Positions 1 to 18,220 of a stretch of DNA of 64,000 nt are shown here, piece by piece. Each line of letters opens with the position of its first letter. The stretch's first letter is position 1. The position numbers and the translations under genes are program-made. The notes beneath the pieces were generated by a model that had not been told where the DNA came from, ran no database searches, and was given only the letters and a program-made list of their open reading frames with translations. The stretch is from Eledone cirrhosa (Eukaryota): the NCBI GenBank assembly GCA_964016885.1, contig OZ024743.1, positions 173,042,001 to 173,106,000 of the forward strand, given 5' to 3'.

Positions 1-1323
1 GTCTATAGACGAAGATAAGGTAGAAATCCTACGGCTAATGTTAGGAATTAGATTTTTAAAGACTATAAGGGGATGGCAAGACTCTTTGTGTATATATATT
101 AAATTATCGTTAGGTTTATGATAAGGTTTAAAAGAGGCGGTAAGTAGATCAAGATTAATATCAAGAAAGTTAGTATTAGTAAGATTCGTATCTAGAGTAA
201 TTTTAAGGTTTAGGTTAGCAAAGGTATTGATTAAGTGTTTACGGAATTTATCAAGGTTATGGCCGTTGGTGGTATTAGAAACTGCCAAACCGTCATCTCG
301 GTATAAACCGATATTATGGCAAGGAAATTTCTCTTTAAGGGTGTGAAGGAGGAATAATCATACTAGGTCGCACACATCAGCACTATCATATGAGCCCATC
401 ACAACATCAAAAGAGTTTTCAGGGCTTGATTTTTTTTAACCCAAGAACTTTCATTAGCAAAGAGTAGTGTTTTCCTAGTATGAAAGATAACGTCTTCTTC
501 AAATTTAGAAATAATAATGAAAGGTCTTGCAAAATCTAAGGCTTTTGTTAATAAGGATTCAGTGATAGAGGGGTAAAAATCAATAATATCAAATTGGGTA
601 AATCTACACTTATTTTTTCCTAGTATATTATTAAACCAAGAAATAACAGAGCATGTATTTAACCATTGTGATAAGTTAGTCATAGTTCTTATTTGGAGTA
701 TTATTTTTCTTAAGATTTTTTTACTCACAAGGCCAACTTCAGATTTAACAGGGTTGAATAGTCTACAGCTAGGTCGATTAGTAAAGTCTGATTTATGGTC
801 TTTAAGGGTAATATATACTTTACGTTTAGCTAGGCTTTCAATCCGTTTTTTTAAATACTAGCTAGGTCTTTAGCTTCATTATTAATGGTATTGTAGGTAT
901 TAATGTTAGCTATTTGATATTTAGCGGTAATGCTATCTGTTAAAAGTTGGTTATACGAAATAATATTTACTTCAAAAAGATTTTTAGTCTTATCAGAAAA
1001 AACGAAATTGATTTTAGAGTGTTTAAAATTAGAAATATCGTTACAGAGTTTTGATTGAAAATTATTGTTGTACTTACGGTATTTAATTTCACTAATTAAG
1101 TTAACTAGGTCTATTTCGAAGTTGGCCATGTCTTTAACTCTAGGTGAGTATTTGCAGGATTTAATGTCAAAGTAGACATTCGAATCAGCACAGAATTGTT
1201 CATAGTAAACCATGGCCTTCCATCTCATTCTTTTAATGACTTGTTCATAAGCAATTTGGTGTAGGTGGTGTTGGAAGGAGTAGGTATATTTTTGATAGAA
1301 TAATCCAATTCATAAACATCCAT
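1..1323 (-). pseudogene. Penelope-like element reverse transcriptase ORF, 5' part, frameshifted (tentatively Hydra-type PLE)
   Basis: Minus-strand ATG at 1323 opens MDVYELDYSIKNIPTPS; ORFs 851-1228 (MRWKA...SDKTKN) and 399-728 (FDIIDFYPSI); GLYRDDGL near 285-310. Runs off the window start. Confidence 0.85.
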
Positions 1324-2090
1324 GGTGTATGTTGGGGTTAATTTCCTGAAACTGTAGAGTGCTCAACTTATCGGGCTGGAAGGTGCCAATCATATATGTA
1401 ATATAGAATATGCTTCGATCATTCCAGGCTGGAGCTGTATAAATGAAGTATTTCCGTCGGAAAGGTACAGGAAAAAAGAGTGCTCTATGTAGGCTACAGA
1501 GCTTATTAGTTATGTAATGAACAACATAAGATAATTATTTCATTTACCAGTGGTTTCTTGAAAGCAGATGTTGTATCTGTTTTCAGTTGAATAAAAAACA
1601 TGGTGTTTTTATTAAATATGGAATTGAAAACAAAATTTAAGAAATATGAAAGTGCGGCAGAGAAAACAACGGGCGAAAAAGAAGAGGGGGAAAAAGAATA
1701 TATAAAAATATATATATATATAAACAATAATTATCCGGAACGTAAACATACACACACTCAACCACGCGCATATACTTAAAAAGTACGTAGACGTATACTT
1801 TTTGCGTAGACGTATACTAAGGGTATTTGCGTCTACATAGACATACAAACAGGGACATAAATACATACACGTACATATACATGAATTAGTAAGGAGAAGG
1901 AATAAATAAATTAATAAATAAGAACAAAAAATACAAAGTCAAAAACAAAATAAAGACAAAAAGAAGACGTGTTGACAACGATAAGTATGAGTGTGTGGGA
2001 GAGGGGGGGGGGGGGATAAAAACAACTTAAAAATAAACAAATACATGAGATGTGCATATCCATAAATATATATATATATATACATACATA
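1324..2090 (-). repeat. pLTR-like leader of the 1-1323 PLE (family J); related copy at about 2995-3200
   Basis: 1506-1720 resembles 2995-3190. Both carry a decayed HHR-like GAAACCACTGGTA on the minus strand. Confidence 0.5.
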
Positions 2091-2280
2091 CATATATATA
2101 TAATATACATATATATTATATATATATAATATATATATATATAATATAATATATATATATATATATATAATATATATATATAATATATATATATTATATA
2201 TATATAATATATATATATTATATATATATATTATATATATATATTATATATATATATTATATATATATATATTATATATA

Positions 2281-2872
2281 TTTCGTTTCTGAATTTGTTT
2301 AGCAAGATTCTTTATCTGAAATCGTGTGTTGAAACCGATATTGTTATACTTTGGGAGGGTCATGTTGCCAACAAGAAACACACGCACCAGTTGCTTTCAC
2401 TTCAATTTAATTTATTATATATTTATAAATTTACAAATTTATAAATTTCTGGTTGGTTGGTTGGTTCCACAACCAGATAGTTGTTTATATATATATAGTC
2501 ATAGTTCTTTCGTCACACACTCTGTGACCTCTTCAGTGACTGGGGATTTCTTTCTTCGTTCCTGTGCCTTTCCTTTCTTCTATCCTACGCCATTTTGTTT
2601 GTGTGTCACACACAAACAAAATGGCGTAGGATAGAAGAAAGGAAAGGCACAGGAACGAAGAAAGAAATCCCCAGTCACTGAAGAGGTCACAGAGTGTGTG
2701 ACGAAAGAACTATGACTATATATATATAAACAACTATCTGGTTGTGGAACCAACCAACCAGAAATTTATAAATTTGTAAATTTATAAATATATAATAAAT
2801 TAAATTGAAGTGAAAGCAACTGGTGCGTGTGTTTCTTATTGGCAACATGACCCTCCCAAAGTATAACAATAT
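2281..2872 (-). mobile_element. Non-autonomous PLE-derived fold-back unit, family A (inverted pLTR + pLTR + tail), in (TA)n
   Basis: Near-perfect palindrome about 2339-2872 centred near 2607, extra tail 2281-2338, TA arrays on both sides, HHR in each arm. Confidence 0.8.
2673..2717 (+). ncRNA. Minimal type I hammerhead ribozyme motif (family A); mirror copy 2497-2541 on minus
   Basis: AGTCA-CTGAAGA-g-GTCAC agagtgt GTGAC-GAAAG aa CTA-TGACT: stem I AGTCA/TGACT, stem II 5 bp with one extra G, 2-bp stem III. Confidence 0.65.
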
Positions 2873-3196
2873 TATATATATATAATATATATATTATATA
2901 TAATATATATATATATATATTATATATATATATTATATATATATAATATATATATATTATATATAATATATTTATATTTTATATATATATAATATAGTTA
3001 TGTAATAAACAACATAAGGCAATTATTTCATTTACCAGTGGTTTCTTAAAAGCAAAAAAATTTAGCTTTAAATCATCACATTGAAAAAATCCTGGTATAT
3101 TTATTGGCGTTGGATTTTAAAAACAAAAATGCAATCTATATGAAAGTGAGGCTGGAAAAGGAAGAAGGAAAGGAAAAATAAAATAAAAACACACAT

Positions 3197-3275
<79 letters not shown>

Positions 3276-3278
3276 TAT

Positions 3279-3335
<57 letters not shown>

Positions 3336-4320
3336 CACACACACATACATACACACAAACATACACACACACACACATATATATATGTGTATATATATAT
3401 ACATACACATACATATACACATACAGACACACATAATATCATCATATCCATACATACACATACATATATACAACCACACACACATATATATATATATAAT
3501 ATATATATATAGACATACACATACATATACATACACATACATACATACACACAATCATACGTATATACACACGTACATACATACACATACATACACACAT
3601 ATATACACGCATACATACGCATGCACAAAAATAGAAATATATATACACACCTCAACATACTCACACACACAAATAAATATAAGAAAAAATATATAATAAT
3701 AAAAAACATAAAAATGAATATAAAGACTATTATAATGTTGACAGCGATACAGGCAACAAATAAATGAACAAACACACGTGGTAAGCAATACACACAAATG
3801 CACGTACACATACATACGTAAACATAAATACATACACACACTCTCACACATAAATATACATATACAAATACATAAACACCTTTTGTTGAGCTAATTTTAG
3901 TCCCATAAAAACGGCTGTTATTTCTAGCAGCACGAGTATGCGGTAGCTAGACAATGAGAAACCATGTGCGTCGTTCAGTCTTCTTAAATATTTTGAGGTG
4001 AAACATACCAATTTTCTGGGTACTTGCTGATGAGAACTGAAGATGGTATTTTTTCACTTTTTCAATTATCGAAACTTATTTGGATTTTGAAGTTTAAACT
4101 TATCTACGGAACAGGTTTGGATTTTGAAATTTAAATTTGTCCAAGTACCACGGCTATTGCCAATATGGGTTTGTTTTTATTGATTTATTATTTTAAATCG
4201 AGACATGCAAACTGTATTAATATAATTAGTATTTTTCAATCTAGCTAACTTGGTCATTTACAATACAAACACTTGTATGATTGTATTAGTGTTTATCATA
4301 TATATTAATTTATATTAACT

Positions 4321-4388
<68 letters not shown>

Positions 4389-4555
4389 TACACATATATA
4401 CACATACATACTCACATACACATATATACCTACACACACATATACATACACATTCCGACGGAATTACTTCATTTATATATAATATATATATATAATATAT
4501 ATATTATATATATATAATATATATATATATTATATACATATATATATTATATATG

Positions 4556-4632
<77 letters not shown>

Positions 4633-4637
<5 letters not shown>

Positions 4638-5512
4638 ATACTTTGGGAGGGTCATGTTGCCAATAAGAAACACACGCACCAGTTGCTTTCACTTCAATTT
4701 ATTATAATAAATTCATAAATTTAGGAATTTATAAATTTCCGGTTGGTTGGTTGGTTCCACAACCAGATGATTGTTTATATATTGTCAAAGTTCTTTCACA
4801 CATTCTGTGACCTCTTCAGTGACTGGGGATTCTTTTCTTTGTTTTTGTGCCTCTCCTTTCTTCTGTCCTACGCCATCTTGTTTTTGTGTGTTGTGTGCTT
4901 AGTTTGCGCATGTGTTACATCCGAGTGTCTGTGTGTGTTTATATTTGTTTATTTATTTGTTTATTTACATGTTACTGGTTGGTTGTTTGTTCTATGTGCG
5001 TGTGTGTTTTCATTTTGTCCTTAATTGTAAGTTGTCATGTTGCTGTTCCATTCATGTTTTCTATTTAATTTTGGTTGGAGTTCCTTTATGTTTATTGCTT
5101 CTGTGATTTGCGTCTTTTCTGTTTGTAGATTCTATTTTTATTTCTATGTTCTCTAATTTACCCTTATGTTCTATTTTAGTATGTTGGTAGAGTACAGATG
5201 ATTCTTTACTATCTTGAAGGTCTCGCCAGTGTTCATTTATCCGTTCCCCTATACTGTCTCACCTATGAAGAGGTCACATAATGTGTGACGAAAGAACTTT
5301 GACAATATATAAACAATCATCTGGTTGTGGAACCAACCAACCAACCGGAATGTATAAATTAGTAAATTTATAAATTTATTATAATAAATTGAAGTGAAAG
5401 CAACTGGTGCGTGTGTTTCTTATTGGCAACATGAGCCTCCCAAAGTATAACACTATCAGTTTCAACACACGTTTTCAGATAAAGAATCTTGCTAGACAAA
5501 TTCAGAAACGAA
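4633..5512 (+). mobile_element. Second family A PLE-derived unit (long inverted pLTR, then short sense pLTR + tail)
   Basis: 4633-4890 matches 2339-2605; 5266-5512 is the reverse complement of about 2281-2535; flanked by (TA)n. Confidence 0.8.
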
Positions 5513-6149
5513 ATATATTATATATAATATATATTATATATATAATATATATTATATATAGATATTATATATATATATTATATATATATATATATAATAT
5601 ATATTATATATAATATATATATATAATATATATATATATATTATATATTATATATATATATTATATATTATATATCTATATTATATATATATATAATATA
5701 TATATATTACATATATATATAATATAGTGGTAGAACACTGGAAGGTAATATCCGTAGAGCACTCAGTCCATGGGACCAGTTCTATATATAATATATATAT
5801 ATATATTATATATAGTAATAATAATAAATTTGAAGACTAAAATCCAAAGAGGGCTCGATAAGGATAAATATATATCAATATATATATATATATATTATAT
5901 TGTAAGTTGTGATGTTGCTGTTCCATTCATGTTTTCTATTTAATTTTGGTTGGAGTTCGTTTATGTTTATTGCCTCTGTGATTTGCGTCTTTTCTGTGTG
6001 TAGATTCAGCCGGATGGCTGAAACAGGTAAAAGAGTAAAAGAGTAATATATATATGTATTATATATATATTATATATATATATTATATATATATTATATA
6101 TATATTATATATATTATATATATATTATATATATATATATAAATATAAT

Positions 6150-6181
<32 letters not shown>

Positions 6182-6204
6182 ATATATATATATATTATAT
6201 ATAT

Positions 6205-6432
6205 GGAAAGTTATATTTAAATTGTTGGGTTACAACTAGTAAATATTTATAACTAATATTTATAAAAGCACTCAACAAGTATTTGGAGTATATTTACGAT
6301 ATTAAATAAATGGAAACTATATTTATATGTCTGAAGAAGGCATAACATATTGTTAATATGATATCCCTGAAATATATATAATGAAATAAATATGGTTTTA
6401 TAAATATAGTTTCCATTTATTTAATATCGTAT
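6205..6432. mobile_element. Short PLE-derived fold-back, family H (related copy about 27469-27720)
   Basis: Inverted arms ACGATATTAAATAAATGGAAACTATATTTATA / TATAAATATAGTTTCCATTTATTTAATATCGT around CTGAAGA...GAAA (6331-6372); same layout with CTGATGA at 27615. Confidence 0.65.
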
Positions 6433-6465
6433 ATTATATATATATATTTTATTTATATATATCTG

Positions 6466-6524
6466 TTACTCTCTTACCTGTTTCAGCCATCCGGCTGAGG
6501 CCATGCTGGGGCACCGCCCCCGAT
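6466..6524 (-). repeat. 3' tail fragment of an octopod-type SINE (second fragment about 6006-6045 on plus)
   Basis: GGCGGTGCCCCAGCATGGCC...GGCTGAAACAGGTAAGAGAGTAA resembles the common octopus SINE 3' end as I recall it. Confidence 0.5.
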
Positions 6525-6540
6525 ATAAATATATATATAT

Positions 6541-7700
<1,160 letters not shown>

Positions 7701-7856
7701 ATATATTATATATATTATATATTTTATATATATTATATATATATATATACATATATATATATTATATCTATATATTTAATATCTATATATATATATATAA
7801 TATCTCTATATATAATATCTATATATATAATATATATATCTAATATATATATATAT

Positions 7857-8530
7857 ATGGAAAAAATGAAACGAAATTTCATTTCCCATTCTTAGTACGG
7901 CTGTTACTTAAATATAAGTATGTATACGTACATATATGTATACAGACGTACAGTAGTATATATATATATATACATACATGCACACACATATGGATTCACC
8001 AAACATTTATTATAATGCTCGGTGTGTTTGTAAACAAACATCCCGTATTAAGCTGTAGTGTCTAGCAACCACCGTTGCTCGTTTGTTCAACACTGACAAA
8101 GGAACGCTGTACTAGTTTCAAGCTTGTTAGCTATCGTCAGCAACGTATACCTTCCTGCCAGATAGTTGAACGTCCGAAAGTATATACTTTCCTTATGCAT
8201 ATTAACGGCTGAGTAGCCCAATTTGCATATTGAGTGGCTTAATCGGCCGGGTGCACCGAAAACGATAAACGGAAAAAATGAAACGAAATTTCATTTCCCA
8301 CTCTTAGTACGGCTGTTACTTAAATATAAGTATGTATACGTACATACATATATGTATACAGACGTACAGTAGTATGTATATATATATACATACATGCACA
8401 TATATATGTATGTACATATGGATTCACCAAACATTTATTATAATGCTAGGTGTGTTTGTAAACAAACATTCCGTATTAAGCCGTAGTATCTAGCAACCAC
8501 CGTTGCTCGTTTGTTCAACACTGACAAATT
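7857..8530 (-). mobile_element. PLE-derived tandem pLTR unit, family C (other copies about 31812-32077, 39011-39247, 56958-57385)
   Basis: 7857-8100 is repeated at 8270-8528; HHR at 8105-8145; flanked by (TA)n. Confidence 0.75.
8105..8145 (-). ncRNA. Minimal type I hammerhead ribozyme (family C)
   Basis: CGTTG-CTGACGA-tAGC taacaa GCTt-GAAAC TA GTA-CAGCG; palindromic stem III (ACTAGT) of the kind seen in PLE minimal HHRs. Confidence 0.8.
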
Positions 8531-8563
8531 TATAATATATATATGTATATATATATATATAAT

Positions 8564-11725
<3,162 letters not shown>

Positions 11726-11750
11726 ATTATATATATATATATTATATATA

Positions 11751-11781
<31 letters not shown>

Positions 11782-11998
11782 CATATATATATTATATATT
11801 TTGAGTATATGTTGGTTGTATACCGCACCTCAGTATGCAGATTGGAGCACCCAACGAAGTGTGCAGGTTGGTTTGGTTCCTCCGGAGTAATGTAAAATAA
11901 AATAAAATAAATAAGTCAAATGTTTAAAATTTGGCTTCGTTTATTACTGCTATATATATTTCGGTGACAGCCTTCTGTATATTATTTACTTTATTCTA

Positions 11999-12191
11999 GG
12001 GCGGTGGATTGGCAGTATTGGTAGAGGGTCGGACGCCATGCTTTGACGCATAGAGTTACGGCCCTTGCTATTCTGAGTTCAAATCCCGCCGAGGTTAACT
12101 TTGCCTTTCATCCTTACGGAGTCGATAAAATAAAGTACCAGTAATACACTGGGTAATTGGTAGCCTTGTGCCTAACGTAGAAACAATTATT
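11999..12191 (+). mobile_element. tRNA-derived SINE with Meta-like core
   Basis: A-box-like TGGCAGTATTGG, B-box GAGTTCAAATCC, core GCCTTTCATCCTTACGGAGTCGATAAAATAAAGTACCAG; flanking duplication TTTACTTTATTCT. Confidence 0.85.
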
Positions 12192-13560
12192 TACTTTATT
12201 CTTAACTCTGAAGCCGAGAATAATTCGGTTTCCTAGTTAGAATTTTAGTCTACAACTTCAGTTATACCATTTACGTGGTTTTGTCTTTGCGTGCAATTGT
12301 TCACCCGTTCCACATAATGACGTATTATCTTCGTATTTTCCGTTCATTGCCAGAGAACGTCTCCATGAACGACCTAATAGTCTACGACTTCTTTATTATC
12401 ATAAACGTGGTTTTGTCTTTGCGTGTAATTGTTTTTCACCGCTCCAAAAAAATGGCGTATTATCTTCGTTTTTTCCCGTTCTTTGCCAGGGAACGTTTCC
12501 ACGAACCAAAGTATCGTCTTCCTGTCTTCCTCCGGTTGCAACGTTTTTTGAAATATTTACTTCTGCGTTCACAGATTGACTTTTCAGTTTCAGAAAATCC
12601 CGTTAAGGGTGAAAGCAGCGATTCTTTGCTTAAACTTTAATCTGTTATTTTAATAAATATTTGCTCTACGGTTCTTATATATTTGATATATATTTATCCT
12701 TATCGAGCCGTCTTTGGATTTTAGTCTTCTAATTTATTATTATTACTATTTGGCTTCCTCGTTTGAGCACTCGACTTATATTCATCATGCAGAAACAACA
12801 TCTGAATATTTCTACAAAGAACATACCCGTACCCAGCAGGAAAACATACCTAAAACTCCTGATACAGAAAACAGACGCGTTCATTAAAAGTTTGCGTTGG
12901 CGTGCCTTTTATTTCGATAATCAGGGAAAAGCAGACAAGAAACAGGATAAATTTGGGTTTAAAACCTATAATAACCCTCCGAGTAACCCAGCATTGCTAC
13001 CCTTCGAAAATAATGTCTTGGAACTCACACGGAGAATCAAATTTCGGAATAGAAGCAGGACCTGAAGAATAGAATTCGTTCTATTAAGGATTCTAATGCC
13101 GTGCACGTCCATTCCGACAAAACTGGCAATCAAGTGGAGCGCAGTACTTACCATCAACTGCTACATAATTCTGTAACTAATTCCGTAAAACTAATCGGAG
13201 CGTCATTAATGAAATCAACGATGCTGGGTTTAAAATCACCTCTGATCTCAACATCCTGGACCGGACTGAACCTCTGGACCCTATTTCTCCCCACTTTACC
13301 CTGAACAACCCCTCTATTCGGCTTATTACAAAGTCCGATTTAGGTAGCTAGTCCGATTGTAGAGCTAATTAAGTTGAATGGACTCGGCTGCTATTTCTAG
13401 CTGTCGATAATCCTATTCACGCCACTGGGATGACGCAGTACGATGTCTGTATTTTTTATAAAATGCAACACGTGGTTCGAATCATTCACAGATTTGCATT
13501 TGATGTGTAAACGCAGATGGTTGGATCTTCTCCTTTGGTGACCATCCGGGATTTGACCGC
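12190..13560 (+). pseudogene. PLE family B 5' pLTR followed by a decayed RT ORF start
   Basis: ATG at 12787: MQKQHLNISTKNIPVPSRKTY...LRWRAFYF...HSDKTG, homologous to the ORFs starting at 1323 and 30382; many deletions. Confidence 0.75.
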
Positions 13561-13873
13561 TGTGATTTACTGGTTAATTGGTGAAATATATTTTTTATTT
13601 AAAGAAATATATACAAAGGAGATTAATCATTTTAAAAGGTATCTACATTTGAAGTTCTAATTAAACTTTAATTGGTTACCTACCTAGCTGTGTGTGCTTA
13701 CGCACTTTACAAATTATTCCCTGAGATTGTTTCATGTGTTTATTTTATATATATATGTGTCAATCTACTTCTAGTTGATATAAAATGCTCAGATCTATTC
13801 ATTGGAATCTTTGAGCTTATTCTGCAGTGAATATGGCGCATGCCTCTCAGACATGACAACCTTAATTTAATTT

Positions 13874-13939
<66 letters not shown>

Positions 13940-13946
<7 letters not shown>

Positions 13947-14216
13947 GAATATAAAAGAGAGATAAACACAGATATATACATATATGTGTTCAAATCGTAA
14001 GGGACCAAATTCGCTAGGGTGAAAAAAATACTAACTATGAACAATAGGGTTTGTCAGACTCAATTTAAAAGAATAAATCAAGAAAAGAAATGCAAACCGA
14101 TATTGCGGTAACTGCCAGACATCCAGACAGCTTTTGGTATTGCTGTTTTGCAATTTTAGTGAAGGGAATTACCAATTCTTTTGCTTATCAGTGGGTGATG
14201 AGCAAAAGAATTGGTA
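13940..14216 (-). mobile_element. PLE-derived pLTR, family F (other copy about 32113-32540)
   Basis: Reverse complement of about 32292-32540; decayed HHR (CTGATAA...AAAA). Confidence 0.7.
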
Positions 14217-14400
14217 CCTAGGTGATCAGATTAGATGTGTTCCGAGGCCATAGTATCTAGAATAAGGACGGGTTGGAAGAAGTGTAGGGAGCTGCTTCCT
14301 CTGTTGATAAAGAAGGGTTTCTCCCTGCGTATGAAAGAGCGGTTATATGATGCCTGTGTGAGATGCGCGATGCTGCATGGTAGTGAGACATGGGCAGCAA
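14211..14400 (+). pseudogene. RTE-type LINE RT C-terminal fragment
   Basis: SRIRTGWKKCRELLPLL...[18 protein letters not shown]; related to 33340-33675 and 45856-47385. Confidence 0.8.
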
Positions 14401-16610
14401 CATGGGCAGCATATTTGTATTATTTTTTTGTAACTTTTCTTACTCAGGTCATTAGGCACCTTCATAGCCCCCTACCCACCTAAGAACCACACTACTTATA
14501 ACCCGGACTAACTGGGACCTTAAAATAATTTTAGTCTATTTGCACTTTTCATTGGGTTGCTACCATTCGACTTGTGTGGTGGCTTTTCCCGTCTGCGCGC
14601 TGGGCACTCGGAAAGTTAAGCCTTCCTTGAGGGATTGGAAAAATAAATTTCTCCTCTTTCGGTAAACGAAATTACTCGGAGCGGCGCTTTGCCCCGGTCC
14701 CACCGCGCCGCCTGTTTTGGCCGCCATATTATACTTATACTTATAAACTCCAGGTTTATAAGTATCAAAATGAAAATCCGAAGGCAAGGTAAAATTCCAA
14801 TCATTTAATCACGACACATGTTTCAATAAGAGATAGATCGATTGTGAAGCCATGATCGATTATCACTGATCTCATCAGGTGAAAATGAATTGTCTTCAAA
14901 TTCTTGATATGAGGGAGAAAAAAATAACGATGTTCTCTCACAGAATTCATTCCCTCATATGAAAACACACCAGTCAGAGACACGGCGACTACTATTAACT
15001 TCAGTTGAGGTCATAAAAGTTGTCGGATTTCTATCGCTGCAAAAGACGCTGGACATCAATCAAATCTGTAGGGATATAGTTAATGTGAGTGGGTACACAC
15101 ACACTCCACACCCACATACACCGGCTCGTGGTCAAAGAAAGAAATATATACATATACATACACATATGAACACAGTATCAGACCTGTAGAATTATACATG
15201 GTCACAGTTATTGTGGGTGGGTACACACACACTCTCACATACACAGAAGCGATGTCAGAGAAAAAAATAGTTAAGGAAACAAATATAAGAATGTACCAAC
15301 ACAGCATTCACCGAAAGTTAGTTCACAAAACAACAGATGCTATACTGGTCAAATCGCAATTTGACGATGTAAATTGGAAATATTGGGTTAACCAACGCCC
15401 CATACTCCCCCCACACACAAGCAAGTAAGTTCAGTCCAGTGTTCTGCTATACGTGTATAGATTGAATTGTAACATCCATATCTTCAAGTGTATGTTATGG
15501 TATATACACATCCGAATCGTCCAAAAAAGGGTGTGTCTGGGTATACACACATCCATGTGAAGAGCAAGCAATCAGCTCATATCGAACTCAGTATGTACCG
15601 CTGTCCCATTGAGAATCCGAGTCACCAAATCCGTGCGTGCAAGCAACCGCAATGTAGGCCAGCAAGGTGCTCCGTGTAGCGTTGGGTATTGGGTAAATGC
15701 GTCAGTAAGTGTGATTTCCGTCATATGGGCCAATGAACTTTTAAGATAGTTGTTTGAGTGGTGGAAGTGTGTTATCCAACACAGAAAGTGAAGTAAAAAA
15801 ACCAGGGTAGTAAAATCCAGAGGATGTGTGTAGGCCCACTAATGGTGTGTAAGTAATATTGTTCAATCCGTAACAGTGAGTCCTCCATGGTTAGATGATT
15901 ACGGATCAAAACCTAGTGTAGTGTTCAGTCGGTAGGAACGTGACAGTCGTAATTGTGGGAGCTCAATGTCTAAAGGAAACGCGTACTGTGTGTAGAGTTA
16001 TGTATAGAGAGCGCAATCGGTCCTAACTAAGTGTGTAATACGACCAGCTATATTCCAACTGAGAGAACTCAATGGTTAGGGTATCTTAAAGTAAAGGTAG
16101 GTGCGCGTAATCGGTCATGCCTGAGTGTGCAATCAATTACTAACTAAGTATTCTAAGTGTGTAATCAATCTAACTATATACTAGCTAGGTATTCTAAAAA
16201 AGTGCACTCAGCTGTGAGAACTCCGTGGAAACAGGCCGAGTATCGTTTGTAAGTTCGCAAACAATCTTAGCCGTCTAACTATCTGAGTGTGTGACTGTCT
16301 GTTTATTGAGAGAACTCTATGGCTAAAGTAGAGAGGGGGGAGTTAGTGGTGGGTTACCTTCCAAAAATCCTGCGGAAGGTTTTCGAGGTTCTATGTTGGT
16401 AGTTGCTGAAAAAATCAGGTCTCCTATTAATTAATAGGGGGCCGCCACTAATAATATTAAAGGTTTCAGCTATACATAATTTGCAAACACCAGTGCTGCC
16501 GTTATATATATATATATATATACATATATATATAACGGCAGCACTGGTGTTTGCAAATTATGTATATATGTGTTTGCAAATTATATATATATATATAAAT
16601 ATATATATAT

Positions 16611-17761
16611 ATGAAAGACGTAAAATAAGAAAATTATAAAAGTTAACTTACTTCCTAAAATTTCACTCCAACTAATTAGTTTCTGAAAGGGAATAAACAT
16701 GGTTTCCGAACGGAACAACATGGAGAAAATCCTTTCGTCATCAGGAAGTCTATTCTCAGCTAAGTTCCCAGGCAATGCGTGGACACAGGGAACTTATACA
16801 AAAATAATCCAGTGGATGGAAAAAAAGCAAGCGAGGACTAAATTCCCGGACATTGAAAAAAATCACTGCCTACTTGGTCGGTGGCAAATTCAAAAGAATC
16901 AATCACGTGACATCGAGGTTAATCAGTGAGGAGTGGGGTGCTAATAAGACAGTAGCCTGACTATTACTATGAACCATAGTAGTAGTTTTGGCAAATTTTT
17001 GCTCAACAAAATAATTTGGAGATAATTATAAAGAATTAGTATATCTACCAACATATATATATACAGATGCATACCTATGCTAGAAAATATATAGGTTTTG
17101 TCTTAGTAACTTTGTGGTTCAATGCAAGGGGATGCAGAACAATTATATGAAAGACGTAAAATAAGAAAATTATAAAAATTAACTTACTTACTAAAATTTC
17201 ACTCCAACTAATTAGTTTCTGAAAGGGAATAAACATGGTTTCCGAACGGAACAACATGGAGAAAATCCTTTCGGCATCAGGAAGTCTATTCTCAGCTAAG
17301 TTCCCAGGCAATGCGTGGACACAGAGAACTTATACAAAAATAATTCAGATTAACCTCGATGTCACGTGATTGATTCTTTTGAATTTGCCACCGACCAAGT
17401 AGGCAGTGATTTTTTCAATGTCCTGGAATTTAGTCCTCGCTTCCTTTTTTCCATCCACTGAATTATTTTTGTATAAGTTCCCTGTGTCCACGCATTGCCT
17501 GGGAACTTAGCTGACAATAGGCTTCCTGATGACGAAAGGATTTTCTCCATGTTGTTCCGTTCGGAAACCATCTTTTTTCCCTTTCAGAAACTAATTAGTT
17601 GGAGTGAAATTTTAGTAAGTTAATTTTTATAATTTTCTTATTTTACGTCTTTCATATAATTGTTCTGCATCCCCTTGCATTGAACCACAAAGTTACTAAG
17701 ACAAAACCTATATATTTGCTAGCATAGGTATGCATCTGTATATATATGTTGGTAGATATAC

Positions 17762-17767
<6 letters not shown>
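16611..17767. mobile_element. PLE-derived family G: two direct pLTR copies plus one inverted copy
   Basis: 16611-16810 is similar to 17147-17347; 17348-17767 is an inverted copy; HHR-like CTGATGA-CGAA...TTCG-GAAAC in each. Confidence 0.7.
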
Positions 17768-17835
<68 letters not shown>

Positions 17836-17880
17836 ATAGAATACTATTAGCTTCTCGCTAAAACAATCTCTATACCTTTC

Positions 17881-17926
<46 letters not shown>

Positions 17927-17927
<1 letters not shown>

Positions 17928-18220
17928 ACGGGTAAAATTCCCGAGATCCATGGACGAGTTCTCTCCAGCGGTCTCTGTCCCTCATTATCGCTGCCATGTC
18001 CTGCATCTCCAACAGACCAGTGTCTGTCCTTAGGGCATCAACATACGTTAACCTTGGTCTTCCTCTTCTAGTGTGTCCATGTAGGGGCTCCCAAAGGAGT
18101 ACTGAGTGCAATGTCAACTCTAGATGTCGGTGAGCATGTCCAGCTAACCTCAATCTCCTCTGTGTCACTTTTGAGCTGACTTTTGGGATGCTCTGAGTTT
18201 TTCATCCTCAGTGTATACTG
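17927..18220 (-). pseudogene. RTE-type LINE 3' fragment in (TA)n
   Basis: QRRLRLAGHAHRH...GRPRLTYVD...GSREFYP; same family as 22147-23298 and 40375-40578. Confidence 0.8.

Noticed and set aside
4020-4100. Hammerhead at CTGATGAG...CGAAAC (4028-4075)
   Set aside because: Stem II is only partly paired and I find no convincing stem I or stem III partner; at most a relic.
11999-12095. tRNA genes at the SINE heads
   Set aside because: A and B boxes are present but there is no clean cloverleaf, and each is fused to a SINE core and tail, two with target-site duplications.
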